A stretch of DNA of 62,640 nucleotides, the filler included, from Choristocarpus tenellus KU-1152 (taxonomy: Eukaryota > Protista > Phaeophyceae): the NCBI GenBank assembly GCA_964200185.2. It is 14 parts of 14 records of this genome, joined end to end, with 100 filler letters (N's around TTAATTAATTAA, not from the genome) between each part and the next. Parts side by side here need not be neighbours in the genome. Positions count along the whole stretch, not along the records: positions 10,193 to 13,929 come from CAXNAD020018224.1; positions 14,030 to 23,472 come from CAXNAD020003673.1; positions 23,573 to 28,159 come from CAXNAD020013892.1; 11 more parts are not named here. One strand, given 5' to 3'. The notes below the pieces were generated by a model that made no database searches, was not told the DNA's origin, and saw only the letters and a list, made by a program, of their open reading frames with translations. Shown here piece by piece: positions 13,637-25,787 of the stretch (position 1 is its first letter; the number at the start of each line of letters is the position of its first letter). The position numbers and the translations under genes are program-made.

Positions 13637-13929
13637 TGAATCGTGTGATTCTGTGGCGGCGTGGTTCGCTCAGGTAAGGCTGGTGAAGAGAATCACAAGG
13701 CAAGATGGACCAGACGGACGAAGACGAACCGTAACTGAGAGGACGAGGTTAAGGTTGGACAAATGCAAGACTGTAAGGACTTGCAGGAAAAAGTGGGGAA
13801 CTACTGAGGAAGCGGGGAGAATCACGATTCGGATGGGTTTCAGAAAAGAAACCCTTCAGAGATGAACGGTGGATTTTAAAAATTGAGGATGGAGCGTACT
13901 ATTGAGGATGGTTTTGACCGAAAATGGTG
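13637..13929. repeat. Interspersed repeat shared with 32096-32166 (inverted)
   Basis: TGAATCGTGTGATTCTGTGGCGGCGTGGTTCGCTCAGGTAAGG.. is a near-identical reverse complement of 32096-32166. Both copies run into contig ends. Only the first ~70 bp can be compared directly. Confidence 0.6.
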
Positions 13930-14074
13930 NNNNNNNNNNNNNNNNNNNNNNNNNNNNNNNNNNNNNNNNNNNNTTAATTAATTAANNNNNNNNNNNNNNN
14001 NNNNNNNNNNNNNNNNNNNNNNNNNNNNNTTTATAAAAAAACGCTCACCCACTTTCCTCTCCCCCGACACAAGC

Positions 14075-14111
<37 letters not shown>

Positions 14112-15265
14112 TCAGCCATGCCGTCCCACCAAGCATAATTGGTAAAGACCTAATAATAACACACTGATGGTGCAGAAAGCATGAGGCATGCAGTAGAGCA
14201 AGAGGCAATGGAAGAGACAATGAGACACTTATGTCGTACACCTATCCAATGGAACAATCATTAAGATACATTAACATAGAAAAAATGCCTTTGAAGAATG
14301 TGAGAAAACCTCGAGATAAGTTGTAGAGCACTACAACTAATACGGCATATTTCACACACCTCTGTGATAGAAATAAAATAAAGCTTGCCAGAGGCAGTCA
14401 GCGAAGTGGCAAACACTTGGGTGCAGAGGATCAACTCAAATATACAACCAGTAGCGACTGGAAAGGGGAAGGGGGAAACCAACCAGGGTGGACAAGAGGT
14501 ACAAGGGAAAGATGCTGAGTGGCACAGAGGAGGCTAGAGAGTGAGAAAAAAAGGGTCTCCTACTATACTTGCTTACTTGCCTTGGTTAAATATGTCCACC
14601 CCACAAATTACACAATCACAGACTGTAGAGAAGAAAAAGGAATAAAATTCGAAAGTGTTCACGAAACTTTCATTTACGGCACAAACAATAGATTGCTGCA
14701 AACAAGGTTAAGAGTGACCAAATCCCAGTTGAGATCAGCAGGGCAGGAGGGGAGGGAGCGGAAAGCTATTGCAACTCATTGATTCACAGTTTTTCATGTA
14801 TTCAACAAGTCAAATCTGAGCTCAAATTCCCATAGATGCTACCATACGACTTTATTCGTGCTGATTCGTGCGATAGATGATGCGCACCATGCACAGGGTT
14901 TCAAGCTCCTCACGATCCTCCAACAAAATATAGTTTAAACAAAATACAGAGCAAAACATTTTTGAACCTACAATTACAGTGCTCCTGGTCCATGACAAGA
15001 GGGGGTTAGTCTTACTTAGGGCAAGGGCAACAAATCCTACCTATTAAGCAGGATTTGTTGGGAGGTTTCCAAAGTCATATCAGACATAATACAATACTAT
15101 ACACAGACCAGATGGGTGGGGATCGGAGCTCCTCTTGTGTACCTTTCCCTCCGCAGGAGGTTTCCCAGTGCACTATTAATAGTATATACTAATACTATAC
15201 AGTACACCATAGTACCAAAGTAAGATTTTCATAGCATTCATAGCACAGTGCTATACAGGCCTTGC

Positions 15266-16059
15266 CTTGAGGTCGACATCTGCCCTTGCACACAGCTCGT
15301 AGTTCTTCTGACCTGTGGGATTACCCACTATGTTCACAGGCATAACCACCGAAGCATCGGGTATCGTCCCTGGCTCTACACATGGCAAAACCTGGTCGCT
15401 CAAAGTGTGGAAGGGATGGTACTGTTGAGCCTGGCATTTGATGTACATATAATATGATACATAAGTCACAAATATATTTCATAGGCCAAGGGATGTTCCA
15501 AGTTATCCCCTGGAATGAATTAGAACACATACGTCCGCCAACAGACCTCCTCAAACGGAGCAACATCACATTGATCAACACACAAAGGACACAGGGGCCA
15601 CGTGTAAAAACCATTGACACACCCCTTACACTTATGCATCCCCCCTTAACCATCCCAGCTCTTTTACAACTTCAACAGCAACGAAAATACACAACTCTTT
15701 TATGTCTTGAGCTTATATTTCCGTCCCAAAGGCAGCTGAAACAATATTCCTGATCCAGTCTTGAACCCTATCCCCAACCCTAACCCCAACCCTAGGATAT
15801 ATTTGTATCCTTGTTATACTGCAAGAGTCACGCCACTATTGGTGTACCTTCCTGCCGCTCTACCCAATCACAAAACTCTGTCGAATTACTGCTCATGTTT
15901 GTGGTAAGTTGTACCATCACACTACTCTGTTTTCCTTGTAAAAACCTCAAAACTTACGTTAATATTATACAAACTAAATTGTGCCATCACACTTCTCTCC
16001 TTCCCTAATTAAAATCTCAAAACTTATATTAATATTATACAAATTACGTAGTATATACT

Positions 16060-16100
<41 letters not shown>

Positions 16101-16524
16101 AATCCGATGAAAGCAGTATCAAGTAATCCTCACCGTTACACCCCTTGCAGTGGAGGCTGTAACTGACAGGCTGATGGAAGGACACCCTATCCATCCTGCC
16201 CCATCAACAAATAACCCTCACACCAGGCAGCAAACCATCAGCTTTGTGCAGAGCCGGTGANNNNNNNNNNTATCAAGTAATCCTCACCGTTACACCCCTT
16301 GCAGTGGAGGCTGTAACTGACAGGCTGATGGAAGGACCTGTCCCTGGCCCCGCCACAACAGAGATGTAGTACACACACGCTTGCTCCCCCAGGGGGTGAC
16401 ATGAGGCACCTGACTCACTCCCTCCCACGTAACCAGTCTGGGGGTAGGACGGATCTGGTTCTCTCACAACAAAAATGTTTGTCTCCAAATATGTCACTTC
16501 AAACTGCATCATGAAGGGGAGGGC

Positions 16525-16556
<32 letters not shown>

Positions 16557-16670
16557 CGGGAGTTTGTTCAACAGCCCTTTGGCCTCTGATACANNNNNNN
16601 NNNGGGGGGGGGGGGGGGGGCGGGGTGTTTACACAAAAAAAAAATGTGTGGATAGAAAAAAAAGAAGAGA

Positions 16671-16729
<59 letters not shown>

Positions 16730-18719
16730 CACCAGGAGTTTGTTCAACAGCACTTTGGACTCTGATACATTCTTGCACTTTGACCGAAAACCCATAGTTG
16801 CAAAGGAGAAACGTAGGGTGTGTCCCAAAGTGTTTCAGTGTTGCACGGGGGATGTTCCTCTATTTTGTTCACAGGGTGTGCAATGAGGTACAGAGGGTGC
16901 ACGAAATTGAAGGCGGGAGGGTGGAAGTATGGAAATGAGCTCTGGGATCTTCACGTTATCCCAATAATAATAATCTTATTAGGAGAACACACAAACATTT
17001 GCTTTGAGGAATGTATTAGCAGTGCTGTAGTCGGAGTTAGGGTTGAAATAAGAGTGCTCAATAACTTCCCCTGTAAGACACAAGGACTAGAAAAAGGGAT
17101 TAATTTCCACTCCACCAAGAGGCATTTTAAGATGTTTAGAAATGGTTCAAGAGCTCAGGTATGTTCTCTAAGATGTGAAAAAAACATTCCTACCTTATCG
17201 TTCAAGTGGAAGATACTATTCGAAACACTTCAGTCCTTGAACCGCTTTAAAATAAAGTCGGTACAACTCCCCTCCACAGGTATATTAGTCGAGAAATTCA
17301 ACACTCTACCTACCCCCTCCTCACTTCCTATCCCTTAGAAAAAGAAAGGAAAGAATCAAAGGTCAAGCTGAGAAGTCGGACTACAACAAAATGATGATCT
17401 CCATCATAGATGCTTTGTGCGGTAAAAGAAAAGCCTATCTTAACCATCCTCCCAAACACGTCCTCCACAGTACTTCAATGTATCAGTAAGAACCTCAATT
17501 GAAAAACAAAGGTAGAGGAATCCAGCCTAGCAACATAAACACACACTCTCCATCACACCTCTGCTTGAGCTCTCCCCTGGGAGGGGTATTGATGATCTTT
17601 TCCACAGGCCTTTCCCAAGCAAGAGCTGACAAAGACCTTGAGAGGCTCACACCCCTTGCAACCTGTCAAGCACTCATCCCCTCCATGCTCCTCCCCCTGC
17701 CCTAGTCCTTGCCCTGCTGTTGGTGGACACTCAGGCACCACACGGATGGAAACCGCCCCCGTATCGTCAATGTCATCACTAGACACCTTGTATTAATTCA
17801 TCCACAACATTGCATTGTTTCGTGGGGGTGGGAGAGTAACCAGGTCGTTACGTTGGGAGGACAAATCAACTACAAGGGTAGGGAGAAGATTAGGGCATGT
17901 AATAGTCACAAAAATAATGAGATTGAGGGGTTAAGAGAGGGCTGTAGATCAGATACATCCTGCTGTGTCAATGTGTGCATTGATGTGAACGCTACTATTC
18001 AGAACACTTCCACTGCTCCTCCATCTCCTCCTGCAAACAAAACTACAATAGTTGTTTTATCGATCTTTAAAATGACTGGTGTCCACAATTATCAGAACAA
18101 TAGAAAAAAAAGGAATAAAACTCTGTGATACACTACATAGTATTACCATAGAAAATTAAGCAGGGTGTTCACGAGCATGAAAGTCAGGCTTATTTGTACC
18201 CTCTCAGCAAAGTGTATCAAACCACTGAGTGCAATCAATCAATATCTGACTTTTGCCTCCTAACCCCACCCATCCCCCTTCCAGCCACTGCGAATAATCT
18301 CTCATGTTAGGTAGAATGGCCTTATCTCCCTCCACTCACTACGGCTCCTGAGCTCAACAACTTCTCAGCTAATCAATCGGTAGCATTCCTAGTACGTGGG
18401 GTTTGTTCTGTGGACCAGCTTCCGAAGAGTTTAATTTGTACATTCCCACCAGCACATTTTTTTCAAGCTTATGGAAGGCGGCACGACAGTAGGATCACTT
18501 CCAAGCATACTATCATATCAAATGCTCTCGGAAGAGATTCAATTCATGTCTTCGAATCCTCTAGACAAAATATTTCCGCAGCCCCCAATCAAGTCTAAAA
18601 ACGTCTGAGGTCTCTACCCAGCAGCCAACACTCAGTCCAATCAATTCAAAAAATCTAGCTCCCAAAGAATAGGCACCTGGAAATTTTCACTGATCAGTCC
18701 CCTTGCCAGAACCAAAAAT

Positions 18720-18760
<41 letters not shown>

Positions 18761-21309
18761 CGCACACATAAAAGTCCTGGGATGCACAGGAGTCGATAAC
18801 CTTCAAAGTAAAAAAATATCGAGAAACAATCATGAACTATCGGTGGCATTCAGTGCCATCCATGCACACCATGCTCATACATAGCCCCTAACCCCAACCC
18901 CCTTGCCTGGAAGGTAAAGAAGGCAACGTGGACAACTGTACTGCTGTCTTTCTCTTTATCCGCAATGCATGCATCCCACCATCCTGCCCCACACATTCTA
19001 GTCGCAGTAGTGGCTCCATGCTGAGGCATGCCACTAACCAGGGTGACAGGCTGTTGCGTAAGAGCAGAGATATTATGAGAAGAGAAGTGATCAAAAGCAC
19101 AGTGCTGTAGAAGTACACACAAGAAATAATTCTGACAGAAAGTTTGTCAGTGAAATCATGGACGCTTGACTGGGAACCTCAATCGGTACAACGGTATAAC
19201 GGTGTAAGACATACGGCAATAACGGTATAATAACAGACAGACATGCTTTCCACGCATATATACATACATATTATAATGCATTCAACTTATATTTTTTCTT
19301 CAAATTACGGTCGAAATATATATTGTTCGTCAAGTGAGTACATAAGTGCACCAGGGAGTTTGTTTTCACTGCCATTGGCGACCGACCACCACATGGCATT
19401 CCATTCCAAAATTGGAACCAGGATCCCTTCACACATTTTTTTCTCCTTTTTCAGAGAGCTTCTACCGTATATTTCAAGTTGAAGTTCTTGTGTGTGCACC
19501 AAGTAATCCTCCCGCCAGAGTGTGCTGAACAACTGCACTCACTTGTTGCGTTCTACATGCTATACTACTGACTTCTACTCTGCATAGCATTATCCAAATA
19601 CAAAAGAAGAAGCTCTACTAGGGTACCTACATCACAGACATGTAGTGTTATGTAGTGGATAGAGCACTACTCCCTATCCTCGGGAAAACACACACACACA
19701 CACACACACACAACTGTACCATGTACTCCAGGTACAGGAAGTATCACTTCATACTCCTCAAAGATATGGTACATTTCAAGATTCACACACTCCAGAGTAC
19801 CTAGGGTAGAGCCACAACAAAAAAAGGGCACCTACAAAAAAAAAATGAATGGGATATAATATCTACACAAAAAAATAGAATAAAACAAAATGTGCTTGAA
19901 GTATGTCTTTAAAAATTTTCAGTTGCATGCATGTACGTACACACCAGCTTCCCCACGTTAAATCACCTGTCCGACGGCAGATGCAACCACAGTGAATCGA
20001 GTATCCTGTTCTGCGTCCTCCTTAGCAAAAACGGTCAGGAACATTTCTCCTACAGTGAAACTGTCAACGCCACAAGTTTCGGACACCAACATATTAGGGC
20101 CCCTGGGATCGACTCCACAGGGATCAAGGTGATTTATGAAGATGGTTTCCGTGGACGGCTGTGCAGTGCTCCATGTCCTGCCCATGACATTACATTCGAG
20201 GCCACAATAAATCGAGGGGTGCGGAATTGTTGATTGGTGGAAAATAAAGTGGTGCCCACACCATTTATTGCACGCAGAGGTGTCCGTACAGGAGATGCAT
20301 GGGCTAGTGGGGGGGAGGGCAAGCAAGCAAGTTCGGCACCACCATGGACTTGGAACAATTGCTAAAAAAAAGGAAGGGAGGGCAAACGGTATATTGATGT
20401 TGTCTCTAACCTACAACGCCTCAAATATATAAACACTTTGATTGGGGGGGGATTGAATGAAGGGGGGGGGGGGGGCATTTAGAACACCCACAAAGAAATA
20501 AAAAAATAAGTAGAATATAAAGCAAGCGGTAAACTGTTAATCCCAAGTACCGTATACCTACTCTGATAGTAAAAACTGTTGTACAACGAAATCAGTGACC
20601 TCGAAGGCGGGGGGTGACTCCCATGTCTACAATATGAAAATTGCATTAGATATTTCAGGATAGTAGCTGTTCTATATTTCTTTCAGAATTTTCAAGCTTC
20701 AACAGATATTATGCGAAACAGTCTGCCGATTTCACACAATAAGGACGTATCATAGCTCATGGAGGAAGTCTCTCCACTCCAGTACCTACTAAGGGCTGAA
20801 GTAGACCACAACAAACCTTGAGCGCAACTAAGAGGTATTCAAAAGAGACAACCTACCAAACATCTTGACCCCTTTGCAGTCTCCTTTTTAGGGAAAGGTC
20901 GCCGAAGTGTTCACACCAATGCCTGCGAAACACTACCAAAACAACAACGAATCTGGGTAGTGTAGTGTAAAAACGGGCTTATTCCTACACCTAGAACTGC
21001 CAACACGATGGTGTCGCCAGGAAAAAAACGAAAAAAAAGTAGCATAAACGATTACAATACTCCCCCCAACCACAAAAATACTACAGGGAATATAGAAGTA
21101 CCCTTTTATTGCTTTTGTGCCCTCCTCTGTCAACGCCATAGGTATTTTAAGTAGCTATACAGTTGTAAATGTTCATTGAAGGCAGCTGCACGTTATACAC
21201 ACCAGTTGCTGCACACATCTTCAAGACAGTCTGGAATGGATCCAATCGCAGCATAGAGGTGAGGGTATCCGTAGATGGTGGTCACCGTGACCTGCACGTC
21301 CTCTTCTCC
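15266..21309 (-). CDS. Large Cys-rich repeat protein (PPC/beta-sandwich-like modules, probably extracellular), partial, 6 exons
   Basis: Exons 21309-21203, 20177-19967, 19050-18907, 17786-17559, 16503-16288 and 15391-15266 join in phase without stops: GEEDVQVTVTTIYGYPHLYAAIGSIPDCLEDVCSNWTWST..RFTVVASAVGQPVTLVSGMPQHG..CEPLKVFVSSC..YPS..CVYYISV..SLSVTAST..KNYELCA. Donors after 18907 and 15266 are GC (AG/GCAAGG). The functional call is inference. Confidence 0.7.
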
Positions 21310-23572
21310 CTGGAGAGTGAGGAGGGGAGACTGGTGATCGGAAAAAGTGTACTATTGTTGTGTTAGGCTTAAGGTTTAGGATAGGTACAGGGATAGGTAA
21401 TGAGCTCGGGAATTCTGTTTGAGGTTAAATCCTGTTCTTTCATGCGTCAAGCTGAGTTCAAGGTTTGTTAGAATCTGGGCGATTGTTCCAAACATAAATT
21501 GAAGGCAGCACATGGATTAGAATCACAATCCAGACCATCAACCTCAAAAAAGAGATTTAGGCATGGAATTTCAGCCCACATAGTGGAACTACTATACAGG
21601 ATAACATCGGTTTCCAGGGAGACAATCCTCTTGACTCTCAAGATATGCTTGCTACTTTAGTCGAAATATCAGTCTTGTGAATCTTGCCAATTCATCCCTA
21701 CGATTCGATTAAATCGCGATAAATCAAAACCGAAATTTAAGGGGTGATTTTTTATTGTTTATTTTTCATGGTAATATACGCTGCTCGCCTTGCCCACTGA
21801 GGATAGTTATTTATGCACCTCCATTCAACACCGGACTTCATTTCAAAGAAGTCTAGTTTAGATTATCCAGTTCCTCGTGTACTACAGGTTATATACTTGT
21901 ACCATCTGCGACTATATCTCAAAAACGCCAGACCAAAATCAAGGTGGAAACTCTGAGATGGATCCAAGACAAGATTCGAGGGAGTAGATAGAGTGACGAC
22001 CAGAGGGAGTGCCGAACCCAACTCGCGAGAAGCAAAGCAAGAATGGAGGAAGTACAATTAGTTGTAGAGCAACACCTAGTCAGTAGCTAGTATGAGAACT
22101 AGTAGAGTTTGTGGTTCCTCTGACCATGGATTGGGATATCTCCAGAAAAATGTGGAAATAATACCGATAAATTTATGTGCTGTCTAAACATCATGACTAG
22201 TGTTGAGTATATATCGAAATATTTCTATAAAGTTTGACATGTAACCATAGATGCGTTCAATTCACAAGACATCAAATATTATCTCTAAGCGTTTCTATTT
22301 TCACCAAGGTGAGTGAATTTGAAAATGGAGTATGGGAGCCACAGAACTTTGCATCTTGGCCTCCTTCATATCAACATCATGACTTGCCCTTTCAACTTGC
22401 TACATTATAGAGTTGAGCCTGTTAGCATCGAATTTAAAAGCATAAAAGTAAAGTCAGGTAAGTGAGCAAGTCGGTTGCCATGGTGCTCTGAAAGTTCTCC
22501 CCAAGGAGGAACCTTCTGAAAGTTTAACCAACCTGCGCACAACTGCTAATGTATTGGTAAGGTCAACAACAGGATCAGAACATGCATATTATCGATACAC
22601 CTGATTTCAACATCACCAATCAAGCTAAGAGTTGAAACTAGGATTTCTTGAGGTTACAAATGAAGCATGAGGGATAGAACCAAGGTTAGTGAGAGTGTTG
22701 ACACTTCCATGGTGAAAAAAACACATTGCTTCCCTCCACCCCTACAGGGCAATATACCTCTATATGTGGCCCTCTCACGATGCATATTGAAGGACGTTTT
22801 GAATGTATCGAAAACAAATTAAGTTTTCAATTTTTGCTTACGAATAGCTGCCTAGTACCACTATGAGCAATCCAAGATAACACCAATACTAAGAATCACT
22901 AGAACACCTACTCTCAACCTCTGCTTCATATCGCGGACATTCTACCAGGGGGGCTTTGAAGATGCTCTTCCTAGAGTACACACACATACACTGGAAAAAA
23001 CTCCATCCTTTCAACAACCATCAAGCAAATACAAAACGCTCCAGTAGTTAGGCCTTGAGTACATGATCCAGATTATGGAAACTTTCAACAACCATAGTGA
23101 CTGTCACTCGAGAACTCCAAAACAGGACTTCCGATTCAGGCCATTCATTCATGCCAACACACAGGCTACGTAATGATGTCAATGTCTTGTCCTCCATGCT
23201 CTGTAACTTCCTACATACTTCAAAGCAACAAATACCATCGGGGCAACAGCTATGCAAAAGAGAACTCTTCCAATAGAGTCTTTGCTTTAAGTTGTATGGA
23301 TTTATTTATTAGCGGAGTGAGCACAGCCCTTGGTGGTGGGGTGCTCTTCCTTATATTATTATCCTGCGACTCGAAGCACACCAAATCAAATCCTTGACCC
23401 TTACTCTACTCAGTCAATACTTCTGTTGTATTCCACTGTTCACTAAATATATAACTCCCTATAGACTGCCTANNNNNNNNNNNNNNNNNNNNNNNNNNNN
23501 NNNNNNNNNNNNNNNNTTAATTAATTAANNNNNNNNNNNNNNNNNNNNNNNNNNNNNNNNNNNNNNNNNNNN

Positions 23573-23783
23573 GATATGAAAAAATTGACCCCAAATGGAC
23601 AGCCGCCACCCCCTCCCAGATACTTTGAGCCTTTAGGATTAGGTAAAGTGCATATGTTACGAAAAGGTGTGTCCGGAACATGGATACCGACACTTCCTAG
23701 CAAACACCATAGCCCAAATTACATCAAAATCGCAACTTCGGATTTTGGTCTCCAAATGGATGCGGCTCTACCCTCTAAGATAC
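23573..23783. mobile_element. MITE R1 end (23573-23631) nested in a MITE R2 fragment (23632-23783)
   Basis: The R1 terminus AGATACTTTGAGCC is followed immediately by internal R2 sequence ending CCCTCTAAGATAC. Confidence 0.7.
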
Positions 23784-24033
23784 GTTGTCGCTGTAGTCAA
23801 AAAGTTAGAACGAGAATACACACACAGAGCTGTAGGAACTACAGTGTAATTGTATCCAAGGAAGATGAAACATAAGCTTACGAGGTGAATGTAACCTACT
23901 TATTATAATTCGACAAAATATGGTATTCTCAATGAAGTTGTTTTTTCACCATATCTCCGACCCCAAAATAAGGCTTTGATTGTTTCTTGACTAGAGTCAT
24001 TATTGCACATCAGAATACAGCAATGTAACTCAC

Positions 24034-24835
24034 CATCTGATGATGATATTTCACCATGTTCTCCAATAATATCTGTGATTGCTGCTGAAGTGGCAGGGTT
24101 GACCATGATTGACAACCTTGTACTGACTATGCTTTGAGTTGATGCGCACTCTGTGGCAATACCCTGTGATCTATTCACAGATGCGGGGGAAGATTCGCCC
24201 TCTTCAGTGTTGTTTCCCGGAAGAACATTCAACTCAAACACCTGGTTGACTCTGATGAGGTGTTATTAAAAGTATGACGGAGGTGATGCTGAGATTGTTA
24301 ATTATTGCAACAGCATATTACTTCTGGGGTTAGGGAATATTGGGGCAAAGCACCTTGTTCCTTTATTGCAGGGATGTGAATAGGGTTGCAGTTTAGTCAC
24401 CGATACATAATGGCTGTGAAATAAACAATTAATGGTATGTCGGGCTTGGGATATACCACAAGGAACTAACCTCATACCATCGTATGGAGTTGCCGAACCT
24501 CCAACAATCTCCGATTTATCGGTTTGCTCTGTTCCTTACTTCAGACTGTAGTCTTGTTTACATCCCTGACTCAAACGTGATACAGAGGCCATTCCGTTAG
24601 TTTATATATTGCTTTACCTCTAATGAAACCGTAGCCCCACGCGTATCAAAAACGAAAAAAGAGACATGTTTGCAGGAATCGTTGGATATGTGCTACTTTT
24701 GTGAGGACGGGAGGTTCAGCTTAACCTTGAGAAGTGTAACAATATTTAACAATAGTCACTTCTATAGCTCCTTCACCTTGGGGAGCTCAATTTCCCCTTC
24801 CTCGTATGTGCAGGGCAATCTTTCTCCTTGACCAT
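24034..24835 (-). CDS. Putative spliced gene of unknown function, 5' part
   Basis: Candidate exons 24835-24777 (MVKEKDCPAHTRKGKLSSP), 24538-24478 (KEQSKPINRRLLEVRQLHTM) and 24241-24034 (VFELNVLPGNNTEEGESSPAS..). GT-AG and phase-compatible, but no recognisable domain. Confidence 0.35.
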
Positions 24836-25787
24836 GTAATTTATTGTTTGGCGTGGTAACTTGTGACTGTGGCCTAGGATACCAACACTCAGCAAATGCG
24901 ATTAAACACAGGTACAACCCTCTCGTCGCTAAAGGCCCAGGGAACTACTTTCAACAAGATATTCCAACAAGACTTGCCTTGCTTGGGATGTAGATTGTAG
25001 CCACAGATTTTGAGAGGTCGAGGGCTCGGTGATGTTGTCCTGCGTCTCGATATGCAAGCAAGAGAGGGGCCGACAAAAAAGGTAGACATCATACATTATC
25101 CTTAGATGTGAACATCTTTTCACGTGGGACGTGGTAAACGCGAGATCATCTGAGAGGGAGGGGAAATCTTACTTGTGATGTGTTATATTTTTCTATCTAG
25201 CGCTGTGTGTTTGTGAAATATGCGTGTGCTCACCCGAGTTGGTGGCCTTATTAGCCTCTCTTCGTCAACTCCACAAACTCCCGTTCTAGAGAGGAGGAAA
25301 GCTGCTCTAGCTCGATCAAATGATGGTGTATGTACAAGTCCTTGTTGTGCATGCATTGCTTCTTGATATTGAAGGAAGATGTTGCGCTGTGTGGGGTGTT
25401 CGATCTGCCTTTTGCCCACTACCAAATATTCGAAGGAGTGAAGTGTGGTGTGGTGTGCATGCAATGTTTCAAAGAGTTGTATTTACAGTAGTTGAGTTCG
25501 TGAAGTGAAACTGAAATTTTGTACGGCGTGGTGGCGAGATGGTGCGCGAAGGGTATATCGTGGGAAGGGTTAAAGGCTAAAAGAGGAGAGAAATACTACA
25601 CATGCAACTCTCCAACACTCAACACTCAATATTGATACCACGGTGCTTAGTAACAACCACTTGTACTTGCAATACAATCTTGAATTGATTGCACTGTCGC
25701 ATGTGCAGTTTTGTTACTGGTTGTGGCACTAAAGGGGAGGCTTGATCGTTGGAGTCGGACCTCCCTCCCCCCTCTCCAGGATAGATC

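Noticed and set aside
16117-16337. Exact 67-bp duplication of an exon end (16117-16183 and 16271-16337) suggesting mutually exclusive exons
   Set aside because: The copies straddle a 10-N scaffold gap and are identical, so this is most likely an overlap artefact. The same applies to the duplicate at about 16555-16592 / 16730-16768.
16820-17338. 172-aa ORF in an intron; the opposite strand has an NFST-NIP trace similar to Penelope RT
   Set aside because: A single weak motif, insufficient to call.
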